The notes under the pieces: model-generated
The model's database searches: none
Told to the model about the DNA's origin: nothing
Seen by the model: the letters and a program-made list of their open reading frames with translations, nothing else
NCBI GenBank assembly: GCA_051294375.1
Contig: CM119266.1
Span: forward strand, 4,803,685-4,867,684
Reading direction: 5' to 3'
From: Paraspadella gotoi
Taxonomy: Eukaryota; Animalia; Chaetognatha
DNA length: 64,000 nt
Made by a program: the position numbers and the translations under genes
Part shown: positions 1 through 12,547 of the stretch, piece by piece
Numbering within the stretch: position 1 is the stretch's first letter
How the letters are laid out: every line of letters starts with the position of its first letter

Positions 1-27
1 ACGCTTTGTCGCGTAAGGGAGAGGGGA

Positions 28-74
<47 letters not shown>

Positions 75-286
75 GTCGTCGGTTTTGCTTTCCTGATTCA
101 TTGCGAATAAAGTGGAGCTTTCGTTTCATTTTTCAATGAGAGAGTGGAAGTCAGGGGGGGGGAGGAGTGGGGAGGAGGAGGAGGAGGAGAAAAAGGGAAA
201 AATTGACTTGAGATATTTTCATATTTTCTCTTCCTTTTTCCCGCGCTGTTTGCCGCCTGCGTTACTTGACGCCAGCTGAGATGCCA

Positions 287-344
<58 letters not shown>

Positions 345-462
345 ACCAGTATCAAATTTTAATCAGGCCGTCGATTTTCACACGAGCGAGGGAAGGGAAA
401 AAAAAAAGATGGCGTCCGTAAGGAATCGCGATTCGCTCAGCGCCTCTAGCGGCGAAACTTAC

Positions 463-723
463 AAACGTCGTTGGTTCCCGACGCCGCGTAGAGTTCGTCC
501 AACTCTTGAAGAGTGATGCGATCGTCTTCCTTCGTCGACGCCCTCGCGACGACGGCGTCGTTTCTGACGAGCCGCTGCGACGCCGATCGAAGCGGTTGTC
601 CGCGCCTCGACGCTGCAGAGCCGGATCTGACGGATCGCTGCGCCGCTGAGGCTGGGCGCTGTTGCTGCGGCGGGTCTCGATCGAAGGAGGCGTCCGGAAT
701 ATCGACGGAGCCTCCCGTGGCGC
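463..723 (-). CDS. Class C GPCR, putative C-terminal tail exon (exon ~16)
   Basis: TAG acceptor at 724-726 and GTAAG donor at 458-462. 261 bp, phase 1, open: ATGGSVDIPDASFDRDPPQQQRPASAAQRS...DDRITLQELDELYAASGTNDV. Reading through the donor gives CKFRR-stop (446-448). Confidence 0.55.
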
Positions 724-818
724 CTAGATTGATAGAGAGCGGATAATCGTTTAAACAAATTTTGTGACAAAAGTTTTTTTAAATATTGATAATGACTTTC
801 TTAGCTATTTTCACTTAC

Positions 819-920
819 CCTCGAGGTGAGGTTCGACTGTGTGACTGATCGAAAAAACGCGCGGCTCTGTGTTCGTCACGTGACCCTGAGAAACGACTGA
901 TTCTTCGACGGGGGCGGCGC
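819..920 (-). CDS. Class C GPCR, putative C-tail exon (exon ~15)
   Basis: Pyrimidine tract plus CAG acceptor (921-923) and GTAAGT donor. 102 bp, phase 1-1, open: AAPVEESVVSQGHVTNTEPRVFSISHTVEPHLE. Confidence 0.55.
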
Positions 921-1306
921 CTGGCGGTCGGGAAGGAAATAACAAAAGGGAATCGGGATTTTAAAAAGGGTCTTTTGAACGCTGTTACAGTTCAGTAGTA
1001 ACGATTGAATATTTTTATATATGTATGTAACAAAGTGATGTGATAATAGATTAAATTAAAAAAATTAAAAACAAACAAAGGCCTTAGCTTTTTCGATCAT
1101 TTTCTTGTTTTTTTAGGCTATTTTTAAAACTAAAACTAAAAATGGCCGCGTCTACGCCACTTTTTCTTAATTAAAACTAATGCACGCAACCTCTCCCGAT
1201 TTTTTTCATTAAAAAACAGAAGAAGGGAAGTTAAAGGGGAAACTATTAAGTTTTCCGACGGCCGCTAAAAAAAAAGATAAATATCTTTCGTCATTAAGAA
1301 ACTCAC

Positions 1307-1351
1307 TTTGGAACCTGACGAGATCGTTGCGAGACGACGACAGCCCGGAAT
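1307..1351 (-). CDS. Class C GPCR, putative short C-tail exon (exon ~14)
   Basis: TTCAG acceptor and GTGAGT donor. 45 bp, phase 1-1: SGLSSSRNDLVRFQ. Confidence 0.5.
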
Positions 1352-1359
1352 CTGAAGAA

Positions 1360-1547
1360 TTAAGAGGGGAGGAGTGAGGGAGGTATAGGAACTCTCGTTA
1401 AGGGGAGGAGTGAGGGAGGTATAGTAACTCTCGTTAAGGGGAGGAGAGAGGGAGGTATAGTAACTCTCGTTAAGGGGAGGAGTGAGGGAGGTATAGTAAC
1501 TCTCGTTAAGGGGAGGAGTGAGGGAGGTATAGTAACTCTCGTTAAGG
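1360..1547. repeat. 36-bp intronic minisatellite, ~5 copies
   Basis: Unit gttaaggggaggagtgagggaggtatagtaactctc repeated head-to-tail. Confidence 0.95.
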
Positions 1548-2182
1548 AACGACGAAAGATTGATATCGTTTAAAATTCCAAACAAAGAGAAAATGGGGGA
1601 GGGGAACTGTCTTGGTTGAGAAAAGGCAGGAAAGGAAAGGAGGGGGAGTTTAAACTTGAAAAGAGTTTAGATAAATTAAACTTTTTACTTTTTAATTGAA
1701 ATGAAGAAATTCTTTTTAAAAAGGGGTGGCTGATAGTCGTGGGGAACCGCGTTTAAATTTAATTAAAGGAGTAAATTTTTTTTTTATCTTGGTTCAAACG
1801 GGGCGAATTCTATTATTTATTTTTTTTTATTTCTTTGTTAGTTATTTACATATTTCACCTTTTTGAATTTTAGGAATAAAGAACTTGAAGTGATTCTTGT
1901 TGACCGTCGCCCAATTTTTAAAAACCGCCGAGTGATTATCATGAAGTGGGCTCGTTTCCTGTTATGAGAGGAAAAGAGAATCAAACTTTACATGCTGAAA
2001 TTTCCTTTCGATGTTTTCAATGTGAGAATTAAAAAGCTACTTTATATTTTTAAAAAGATCACAGACAGAAAAATACATTAATTCGTTTTTTTTTACCCCA
2101 AAACCTTTTTACATATATATCTTTAAGGCTCCTAGCCGACAAAAAAATACGCTCAGACCGACGGCCCGAAAACGTTAGCAAC

Positions 2183-2288
2183 CACTGCGTCTCCATTGAC
2201 GACGGGAATACAAACGACGTTGTTTAACGGCATCAAACATTAAGCGGCTGAGCTCCTTTCCGCTTCCTCCTCCCCCCTTACCGCCCCC
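2183..2288 (-). CDS. Class C GPCR, putative proximal C-tail exon (exon ~13)
   Basis: Poly-T plus CAAAG acceptor (AG at 2289-2290). Phase-0 frame open: GGGKGGGGSGKELSRLMFDAVKQRRLYSRRQWRRS. It supplies the phase 0-to-1 bridge needed between the TM7 exon and 1307-1351. The donor GTTGCT is weak. Confidence 0.4.
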
Positions 2289-2529
2289 CTTTGAAAAAAA
2301 AAAGGTAAACAAACATTTAACTGCGCTTATAAAAAAAACCCGTTGGGCCGAACGAGCATCCGCGATCTCTTACGAGTTCCGAGAAAAGTAAACAAAGATT
2401 AAAGGCGCTCACACAAAACGCCACGCCCCCTTCATATTCTCCACCCGCCCCCCTTCTTCCGGGCGCGAGCGTTCGGCCGCGACGCGCAAACAAACGATAA
2501 CCGGAAAAACAAACAAAATATCTCTGTCC

Positions 2530-3125
2530 TGGTGAACGCCATCGAGTCGAGACCCATGCTGGTGAACCTTATCCTGCAGAAACTTATCCTGGAGAACCCC
2601 ATCCCGGCGAAACCCATACTGGAGAACCCCATCCGGCGAAACCCATACTGGAGAACCCCATCCCGGCGAAACCCATTATGGTAAACCCCATCCCTGCGAA
2701 ACCCATTATGGTAAACTCCATCGGAGGAAAACACATCCTGGAGAACCCCATCCCGGCGAAACCCATTATGGTAAACCCCATCGAGGCAAAACACATCCTG
2801 GAGAACCCCATCCCGGAGAAACCCATCTGCATCCCGCCATCCCATTGAACCTGTGAGCCTCGTCTCAGATAACCCCTTTTAGCCAATCTACCCATCCCGG
2901 GTAAAAACCATCGCGGACAACACATTGAGGCAAAAAAACCATCCGGGTAAAACCCAATCCTGGGGGAAACCAATCTTGGAAAGTTGCAATAACCATTTCA
3001 GAAAATCCATTTCTGTTGTATCCGATCCAGGCAAAAAACTCATCCAAGCAAAAGAGGTCTGGCAAAACCTAATCCCGGCAAAACGCATTTCCGGCAAACC
3101 CCCATCCCAGCAAAACCCCAGCCCG
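2530..3125. repeat. Degenerate 15/30-bp intronic minisatellite
   Basis: Units such as aaccccatcccggcg-aaacccatactggag. Well conserved at 2590-2825 and decaying on both sides. Confidence 0.9.
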
Positions 3126-3132
3126 GCCGAAC

Positions 3133-3266
3133 CTGACTTCCGGCGACCCAGTAGCGATAAGATGATCGACCGAAACAATGTTGAAGGGAAAGTTGAAAGG
3201 CGAGAAGTAGAACTGCAGTTGCGAGACATCCGGCGCTGAGACAGGCAGAGTTAAAGGCGGGTGGGG
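3133..3266 (-). CDS. Class C GPCR, TM7 exon (single copy)
   Basis: TTCCAG acceptor (3267-3269) and GT donor (3131-3132). 134 bp, phase 1-0: APPAFNSACLSAGCLATAVLLLAFQLSLQHCFGRSSYRYWVAGSQ, a hydrophobic helix in frame with the TM6 exon. Confidence 0.75.
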
Positions 3267-4032
3267 CTGGAAGGGTGTAATTAATTAGTTTATTAATAAT
3301 TAATGAGTTTAAAATTAGAAAGCCGTTATGACGACAGTCTTACCCCTAGGTTTTTTTTTTATTCCGGCTTTTGGATTGGGTTTAATTAGTCGGCAATTAT
3401 CTAAAATTTTATTATTTTTCATTAAATTTAAAGAGGTAACATTCTCAAAGCCATTATGGCAACGGCCTTCCTCTGCTTTCCTTCTTTATATTTTTCAGGC
3501 TGGGGAAAGAGTGGGGATGAAATTAAGTTGATAATTATGATCTAAAATTTCATAATTAATCATTGTTCGTTTACATTTTGAAAGATATAATTACATGGCA
3601 ACAACCTTTCCCTCTTTTTTTTTCCAAACGAGTTTTATATACGTAAACAAATCGAGGACAGCTGGCGTTTTGGATCCAAATGTTGGAAATTTATTGTAAA
3701 CATCTAAGGCCATATTTTTTTAATTTTACGGACGTAACAAAATACGCGGCTGTTCTTGGAAGAATTTAATCTTTCTTTTACATCTCTTCCTCGTTTCTAT
3801 AACCGTAAGGGAAGATTAAGAAAGTGACTTTTTTTTCCCTAATTTTCATTAATCTCTTTTTGGGTTCTTATTCTGCTCTGGATAAATTATTTGCTTCTAA
3901 TCTTGTATCAATAAATCGATACACATTGAAAACAGCTCTGGATGAATTGATTTTAATTTCGTAAAGATTTCGTGATTTTAATCCATATCGATCCATCCTA
4001 TCACAAGGAATTCCTCACCCTCTCTAACTCAC

Positions 4033-4335
4033 CAGCGTAAAAAGCGACGAGCCACGCGATCCACAGCGCCGCGGCGATACAGAAAGTCGCCAGCAGCCGC
4101 CGCGCTTCCTCCTGCAGCAGCCGCAGGCGTCGCCGCAGGGACGACGAGCCTCTCGGGCCGCGGGACCGAGTGAGGCTGGCGGCGTTGGAGGTGGAGTGTC
4201 CGGCGGGGGTGTCGGCGACGAGGTGGTTGGGTGTGTTGAGGGTAGAAAGACTCGGTTCGAGGAGAGAGAAACCGCCCGTCTTTTCGTAGATTCGCCAGGC
4301 GTCGGTGCAAGGAAGGGTGGCTGTGATTAAGAGGC
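4033..4335 (-). CDS. Class C GPCR, TM5 end-ICL3-TM6 exon
   Basis: CTCCAG acceptor and GTGAGT donor. 303 bp, phase 1-1: LLITATLPCTDAWRIYEK...LRRRLRLLQEEARRLLATFCIAAALWIAWLVAFYA. Compare mGluR EAKYIAFTMYTTCIIWLAF and GPRC5 IWVAW. Confidence 0.88.
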
Positions 4336-4622
4336 CTGGAGATATGGAAAGATTTAATTTATTTATTTGTTTATTTAAATTGTAAGCAATTAATTTCGCA
4401 ACTTCGTTGTATTAACCTTAACCATACTCGAGGATACTTTCGAATTTGATTAGTTTCATTAAAAAAACATTTCATGATACTATTTCCGCATCAATCCAAC
4501 CCAAAAAAACTCCATTTATATTTTATTGTAATAAAAATGGTTTTTTGTCGCTTTTTGAAGAAAAAAAATGGCCTCACAGGAGGAAATTGAGACCCCATAT
4601 TATGGAGCGTTTTACTTCCTGA

Positions 4623-4665
<43 letters not shown>

Positions 4666-5041
4666 TTCCACGATTCTTTCCCTCTTAGAATTGAAAATTC
4701 CATCGTTGAGTGACTCTTGTTGACTCTTGAAATCCGGGCGGAATTTTTACCTCTGAAAAACCACTTTTATTCAACCTTAAATCCCTCCATAAAAAGTGAC
4801 TCTCTCTCTGTCTTTCTCTCTTTCTCTCTCGCTCCCAAGCGTCCACTTTATTGCCTTCCGCGAGGGAAACCACTCAATAAACTAAGAGATTCTTTTTTCT
4901 CTCTTTTCGCCTTAAAAAAAAAGAACTCGTTACACTAACGGTTATTAGTCTCTGCGATTAAAAAAGAGAGAAGGGAAAAAGCTTTGGAGGTTGTCAGCCT
5001 CGTTAAAAAAAGAGCTAAAAAAATCTTTCTTTTTTATAGAG

Positions 5042-5092
<51 letters not shown>

Positions 5093-5490
5093 TTTCTCGG
5101 TAAATGACTCTCACTCTTGAAAAAAAAGCGTAACAGTTGGCGGAAAAGTCTTAGCTAGGGATTTTACGAAGCGAGACGATGGCTCTCTCTCACTCTCAAC
5201 TTTTCCATCTCCCTCTCTCTCTCCCTCACTTCCTCCCTCCCAATCTTTTAAAGTTTTCTCAGCCACTTTCCTTACGATTTCTTTAGAAAAACTAAATTAG
5301 GGATAGAGACGTCGAAAAAGGACGTCTAATTAAGATTTCAAAAGAGTTAAAAACTTTGGTGAGGAAGTTCTGAGTTCTAGTTCTCACAAAAAACAGATGA
5401 CAGACTAACAGTAAATGTGACTGACAATGTTGACATAATTTGTTTTTGGTTGAAGAATGCTCTCTCTCTCTTTCTTTCTCTCCCTCTCAC

Positions 5491-5763
5491 CCAAAACTAA
5501 GAGAACCATGACGTAAACGAACGAGGCGACGAATTCCGTCTTCCCGATGTCGCAGACGTTGACGACCAGTTGGTGGTGCTGCTCCGCCGCTCCGTCCGCG
5601 GCCTCGCCCTCCAGCGTCGAATTCTGCAGGTGCACTCTGTACCGGAGCAGCGGCCGCGGCGTCTGAATCCACTGCTGCAGATCGAGGGCGAGCTGCAGGG
5701 CGACGATGAAGGACAGCAGCAGCCAGTGGAGGCAGGAGAGGGGCACGTGGGTAGGGATGGCGT
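5491..5763 (-). CDS. Class C GPCR, TM4-ECL2-TM5 exon
   Basis: 273 bp, phase 1-1, canonical sites: LSCLHWLLLSFIVALQLALDLQQWIQTP...VVNVCDIGKTEFVASFVYVMVLLVL. Shows the TM4 Q..W pattern, ECL2 Cys and a GPRC5-like CxxxxxDFVxxxxYVMxL. Confidence 0.9.
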
Positions 5764-6361
5764 CTGGAAAGAGAGGGGTAGGGGTAGGGGGTGGGGTAAG
5801 TCAGGATTACAGGAGTTTAAGTGAATATATAGAGATATACTACGAATTATAAATATAATAATTGATCTTATTTATTAATAAATAAGCCCAAGACATAGGG
5901 GATTAATTTACTGGTTTTAAAGTTTGTGGGGATTGTGAAATATAACTATTTTGTAAGAACGAGTTCTTTAGAAATTATAGCCAGTCCAGTGTTCAAATTC
6001 GGAATAATTCCTATATTGGTTGTATCAAATTTTATAATTTACATCCAACACTAAAATTCTATCAGATAAATGTAGTATGGTGATTGGTTAAACTAGTGAT
6101 CTTGTAAAGAAAAAAAAGGTTGAGCGGAAATCTTATCGGGTCATAAAACCTTATTGGGTCAGGCTGTGAAAAAGGGAAGTTAAAGGTGAAGGGATCTTAG
6201 AAGTGAAGGTTGATCGGTGGTTGGCAGAATGTGAGGAGGGAAGAGTGTGAAGTAAGTAAGAAGTGAGAAGATGTGTGAACGAGAAATAAAATGAAATCGG
6301 ACGCGCACGAGTTGAGATGGAAAAGGAAAATGGAGATTTAAAAAAAGAGAAAACGGACTTG

Positions 6362-6403
<42 letters not shown>

Positions 6404-7278
6404 CACCCCAGCGGAAGGGACAGAGTACATTTGAAGTGGAGGGGGCGTGGAAGATAATCCCGTCGGTTTTGAATTCTCAATTTTTAGAGACGAAGGAAAG
6501 TTATTTCTTTTTCTTTTTTTTTTTACATAAAAAAAAATTCTTCTGTATCGGGATCTGAATGTGGAGGAAGAAAAAAAAATTGTGGTTGGAAGGAAATTGG
6601 AACAGAATCCATTCCATTCTTTTTTCTTTCCTCTCGCTCTCTATTTTTCTTTTCTTTATTTCTTTATTTTATCCCGCGTTTCCTTATGCCTATTCTTATC
6701 TCCCTATTTATATTCTATTCTATTTTATTTTATTCTATTCTTATCTCACTATTTCTACTTTCCTTCCACCGATACAGTATCTTAATCGCTTCTACAACCA
6801 CGCCCCCATGCAAACGCCCACACATCTACCACGCCCCCACACAATCGCCCACACATCAACTACGCCCCCACACAAAAGCCCACACGTCAACCACGATTCC
6901 CTCTCATCGGGCTTCACTTTCCTCCCTCCACACCCCGCCGCAGTCCCCGTGTCCTGAGGCAGTTAAACTTACTCGGGTGAGTTATTTCGATTCCAAATGG
7001 GTTTTATTTCTCGCGTTATCATCGCGAATTTTCCAGAGTAAAATTTCTTGTCTCGGACCCGAAAAGATAAAAACCTCCAACGGCCAAAAAAAAAGAGGAG
7101 GGGGGAGAAGTTGCTTAAAGATGGCGGCGTGGAGGGGGGGTTAGAGGTTAAAGGGTCTTTCATGGGAGGTAATGTCTGGGGCGACCCAGGGGGCAGGGGG
7201 GCAAAGCCGCGGGGGTTGAGGTTACCCTCTAGAAACGCGCGCGTGCCGATTTCTTGGCGAGAGAGAGAGATGAAAACG

Positions 7279-7355
<77 letters not shown>

Positions 7356-8028
7356 GTTTCGGTTTTGTCTCTGCGAGGTTTTTAATCTTTTTCCCTTTTC
7401 TATTTCCAGGGAAAAGTTGTTCCACAGACGGAAACTCGGGAATGAGAGAAAGTAAGTTAGGAAAGAAGGTTTTCCTCAGAAAGAGAGAGAGAGAGAGAAA
7501 GAAAGAAAGAAAACGAATTCTGCTTGGAGTTTAGAGGAGAGAGCGAAATCGCGTAACTAATTTTAACGATGAAACTCGTTACGATGGATTGAAAATATGA
7601 TTTCGGAGATCGTGATGAATGAGATCTGTGAGCGGGAGTGATTATTGGATTTTTTTCTCACACATTGGAAAATTCAGCGGGGTAATTATAAAATAAAATT
7701 GGGAATAATTACTATTTTATTTTGGTCATAATATCATAGGTTGAAAAAGTCAAATCTTCCCTTCTGCTTCTGGGTATTTGGAGTATTAAAACAAATTAGG
7801 TAATTTGGAATATCTTATATTTTAATTATTAAACCTAAAGATTAATTTAAAGTCAACAAAAGATCATATAAAGCGAAATAAGAAAGTGCATGAAAGAAAA
7901 AAAAACACGAATATAAACAAACAGAAAATATAAACAAAAAAACAAACTAGCAAATGATAACATTTGAAAACAAACAAGAAAAACAAACAAAACCAAACCT
8001 TACCCTCAACATTCTCAATCGTACTTAC

Positions 8029-8349
8029 CTTCATCCAATTCGCCGACGTCTTCGTATCCACCACCACTCCTACCACTTCCGCCTCCACCACCGACGCGCC
8101 ACTCCACCCTCTCCCCCGCAGCCTTCAGCCGCGTCCGCAGCGCAGCGGCGCGGACGAGCAGCGTCCCGAAGCAAAGAGCGTACGGAACGCTGGGCGCCAT
8201 CATGCGGAGCCCGCAGCCGCCGCCCGACGCGGCGAAGCAGTAAGGGAGAGGCGAGGCGAAGAGGAAGAGGGCGGCGGCGAGGGTGGCGCCCGACACTGAG
8301 CGGGCGGCGGCGGTGCCCGATCCGGAGAGGGCCTTGATGGAAACGTGTA
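8029..8349 (-). CDS. Class C GPCR, TM1 end-TM2-TM3-ICL2 exon
   Basis: CCCCAG acceptor and GTAAGT donor. 321 bp, phase 1-1: HVSIKALSG...TLAAALFLFASPLPYCF...CGLRMMAPSVPYALCFGTLLVRAAALR, matching class C TM3 CxxR...YA/FAxxFxxLL. Confidence 0.9.
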
Positions 8350-9999
8350 CTGGGGAGGGTGGGGCGAAATGTGGTCAGTTTAGCGGTTGGTAATAAGGAG
8401 GGAGACTCTCTTCAGTAGGGCTGGGCTTTGGGGTTGCGGCAAAAGCGGGCCATATGGGGTTGGGGCCTTGCGGCGGGCGGGGGAGGGGCGGCCTTCAAGG
8501 TCAAAAGGTCAAAGAAGATCAAGAGAAAAGAAATTTTTTTTTGTTGCAGAAAAAAAAATGAGATTAAAGGCGAAAATCACGTCGGTCATTGGAGGATGAA
8601 AAAATGCAATAGGGTCTCTCTCTTCTCTCTCTCTCGCTCCATTCAACGCCGCCCAGTCGGAAATGGCGCCATGTTTAATATGTACTTTTTTTCCGTGAAA
8701 GAGGGGGGGACCGGCGCTTTGGGGGTATAGAAGGGGGACCGGATACCCGGTTGGGGGGGTCGGGGCGGGGGAAGAGGATTCCGGGCTCCTTTAGATTCAT
8801 GGGAAAGAGGTCGTCTTAGTTTAAAAAAAAAGAGGAAAAAAAAATGTGACTGAGATTCAATGAAAGAGAAGTTTTTTTTTCACCAATTATCGACTTATTT
8901 TTTTTCCTCTCTTGGAATATTTGTACTATATTAACATTTCACATCCCACTGCGACCGCCTCCCCTCTCCCCTCCCCTCCTCTCCCCCCCTCACCCATCTT
9001 CGGGTTTCATCGGCCTCCATTTTCTTTCTCGAGGACGCGTCATCAGAAAATCTGACCAGAGGTTCGCGTCTTTAAGCTCCTCTGGTTCAATCCAATTTTT
9101 GACCTTTCGCGCGATTCCTCGACAGCCCTTTTTTTTTTCACTTTACCCACCTCCCCCCCTCACCCCTCCCTAAAGCCCCCCCTTCCTCTGGATGGGCTTT
9201 TGTCCGCCCTTACCTTTTAACCGCGCTCATTTCCTCGACGTAACGAGGACCGTAATGTTTTCACATCCCTCCAATTTCCATTTAGACAAACCGACGTTTA
9301 CCCTTCCTTTCACGCAGAGTTCGAAGGCGCGCCCACTTCGTCCTCCTCCCTTTCCTGCCTCTTCCACATCTGTGACGATGACACTTTCAAAATTCTATTC
9401 TAATGAAAAGTACTTCTATCTAATTTTGCATATTGTAGTATTTTAACAGAATTATTTATTTTCACAATTTATGTCAACCCACGATTTTTAAAAATTGGGG
9501 GAATTAATTGGGACCCCCAACAAAAAAACTAATGAATATATATCCTATTTTTCTACAGAAATTACGCTACGTAAACTTGCGACGTGGTGAGCCGTTTCAA
9601 CGAAACCAAAAAAGTTCATTTACGTACGTCGAAACGTCAAAAAACATACTTCTATTCAACTCCGCGAAGAAGAATTAAATGAACTGCATTTGTTGAACCT
9701 CAAAGGATAACAAAACACAATTCTGCGATAAAACAGAATTAAATAACTTAAGATGAACTTTGACAAAGAATTTTTGACAAGGATGCGTTTTCCCTTTGCC
9801 CTTTCAACTGCACGAACGAAAGCCCGATTTAAAAAATATCAAATCGACGACGCGAAATAAAAAAGGAATTTCGGAGGCGAACAACGACTTTCGCTTCTTT
9901 ATAGCGTCTTCGAAGAATAAAGAAAGGGACAAAAAAATTAAGGAAGGATTAAGAGAATAAGGAAGATTAAAAAGGGAGGATAGGAATAAGGAATAAAAA

Positions 10000-10331
10000 A
10001 TGGTTTTTCTCGAAATCCGTCGTCGCAATCTCATTAACGAAATCTTCGTTCGACCTTCGATCGATCCAGACCGCCGCAGCCGCAGCCGCCCGCAGCCGCC
10101 GCAGCCGCCGTCCCCTCAGATAACGCCGCCACGCCCGGACTACGATAAACGCCGCCGGGCGGACCTAGACGTGGATATATTCGCGCCTTCCTTCGCACCC
10201 AAAAAATCGATTTTTCCTCTTCATCCTCCTCCTCTTCCCTCCTCCTCCTCCTCTCGTTACGCGCGCCCTCTGTGTAAACGACCCCGGAAAATTCGGGCAT
10301 CGCGATTCGTCGTCTACGTCTACGTCGTCGT

Positions 10332-10362
<31 letters not shown>

Positions 10363-11231
10363 AGACGCCCCGCTGCCAATTGCAACGGATTGCGGCGGCC
10401 GTGCTTCGAGCGTCGAGGTCGGCAAAGCGGCGTTTCCGGGCCCCACTGATAGAAGTAGAGAAACGGGCGTCGAATTGACGCCGCTTTGGACTCTAGGATC
10501 GACGGATCGATCAAAAACCCGGCATCGTCGGCGAGAGGATCGAGTCGGAAAAAGTAGAGAGAGAGACGCGATGAAAAAAAGAAGAGCAGAGAGACGAAAA
10601 CGAATGGTCGACTATGAAAAGGAAAGCGGCGACGGATAGAGAAGAAAAAAAACCAGCGGAGCAAGTATTGGCAGCATCAAGCAGCCGCAGCAAACTGAAA
10701 ACGGGCAGCAGTGACAGGAGGCGACGCGGAAAGCAGCAGCAGCAGCATCAGCGAACGTCCCCCGGGAGGAAAACGCGCTGTCTTCGACGGAGGAAAGAAA
10801 AAAACTGTTTCCTTCGGAGAGAAACTGTCATCGGTCGTCGTCATCATCGTCGGTCGTCATCACATCGTCGACGTCGCCTCTTTTTCATCTCGAGGGCGAA
10901 GTTTACTTGCGATCGTCTTCGGCGACACGCGGCGTCAACCGCGACGACGCCGCTCCGGACACGCCCATTCGGCCAACGAGACCGAACACGGTGCCTCGCC
11001 CCGGGACAGAGGCTGGAGACGGACGAGAGGCGCGCCTAAGACGGACCCGTGGAAAGAGAGGCCCGGTTCAGAGAGAGAGTCGGAAGACGGAAGAAGGGGA
11101 AATTGCTGGGATCTCGGGTCGCGGGTTCGAGACCCAACGGGTCGTCCAAGTCTTTTATCAAAAAACCGACGACGAATGGAGAAATCGCGGTACGTTTGGT
11201 GGACGGCGGAGAGGAGGGCGAGGATGGAGAA
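10000..11231 (+). CDS. Class C GPCR exon 1, inverted copy with frameshifting indels
   Basis: ATG at 10000 and GTGAGT donor at 11232. Same sequence as the 409-aa ORF at 52942-54171. Confidence 0.65.
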
Positions 11232-12547
11232 GTGAGTGTTTGGGGTGTGGAAAGGAGTGTTGGCGGAGGTGGGCTTTGAGTGTTGGTCTGGGGTGTGGAA
11301 AAGAGTGTGGTGGAGTGTGGGTGAAAAAGAGTTTAAGTATGAGTGGAGAGTTGAGGTTGTGGGGTGAGCATAGGGAGAGGGGTCAAGTGGTGAGGGCGAG
11401 TGAAGTGAAGTGGGTAATTGTGTGCGGTGATACGTGTGGGCAGTGAGTTGGTTGAGGTGCGTGGGTTGGTTTTTTCGGTGTACGGTCTGCTGTGGCGTAG
11501 AGTACGGCTGTACTTAGTACATATTTGGAGAGAAAGCACTTAAAGATGATTCTCTGCCACAAAATGAAACCTTTGGCAAAAGGGAGAGGGAGAGAGGCGA
11601 GAGAGAGAGAGAGAGAGAAGAGAGGGAGAAAGAGAGAGAGAGAGAGAGGAGAGGAGAGAGAGAGAGAGAGAGAAGAGAGAGGAGAAAGAGAGACGAGAGA
11701 GAAGAGAGAGAAGAGAGAGAGCGCAGAGCAGAAGCGATAGATTTTATCGACGCCAAGGTCGAAAGGTTTTAACTTTTTTCGTCTCATTTGAGTTTGAAGA
11801 AAATTTTTATCTTTATTCGCTGTTTAAGACTCTTTTCCTTATCTTTAAAGTCTTAGAAGAAACCCATGCCTTTCTTTTGAATAAAAAGTAAATAAAGTAA
11901 ATAAGTGTAAATAAATAAATAAATAAATAACCCAGATATTTCTCCCAGATATTTCTCCCAGCATTTTTTTCCGGTGAAAAGGTGACGTCAAAAAGCGTGA
12001 AATTGCGATTTAAGTCAACTATCAAAGTCAAACTCCTTTTCACACTTATTTCCCCACCAAGAAAAAAGCCGAAAAAATACTAAAGTCAATTTATAAAATA
12101 CTTTTTAGAGATATTGGAATTCGAAACGGATAAAAAAAAATATCCTTTCAGAATAGGGAGACATAAAAAAGAATAAAGTTGATGATATATGCTTTTTTTA
12201 TGTGCAAAGAGTAAATTATCCTTAAGATATATCCGCCTCGAAAAAAAGGGAATTTGCCGACTATAAAAATTAAGGCGGAGAGATAAGATAGATAAAAAGC
12301 ACTGCTGCTTCTTCCAACGCGGTTGTTTGGCGTCTAAAAGAAGCAAGGAGAGGAATCAGGAGGGAGCGATATAAACGAAAGGGAGAAGAGGAGCGATGAT
12401 AAACGAAGAGGGAATAGATGAAGCGAGAGGGAACGAGGAGAGAGCGAGAGAGATCGAGACGAGAGGAGAGATCAAAAGAGACCGCAAAGCTATTTTCTTC
12501 TAAACTTTTCCTTCTCCCCTTCTTCCTCTTTCCCCACCCCCCTTCAG

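Larger units (their letters stand above)
3894..8927. repeat. Block B copy 1 (~5.0 kb), the best-quality copy
   Basis: Near-identical direct copies at 25361-30351 and 31215-36211. All three exons in this copy have lengths divisible by 3. Confidence 0.97.

Noticed and set aside
98-355. ER/SL-repeat ORFs here and throughout the window
   Set aside because: Translations of (GA)n/(CT)n microsatellites.
1265-1585. ORF with (LNESYYTSLTPP)n repeats, or a possible CRISPR array
   Set aside because: A pure tandem 36-bp minisatellite with no unique spacers, in an intron, with no cas genes.
3133-3236. Alternative frame QLQFYFSPFNF suggesting an adhesion-GPCR TM7
   Set aside because: The upstream acceptor at 3267 gives a more hydrophobic in-phase helix, and TM1-TM6 are class C.
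2432-3239. Overlapping ORFs with MGF../RDGV.. pentapeptide-like repeats
   Set aside because: Open in several frames because of the 15-bp periodicity, and it lies within the intron after the TM7 exon.
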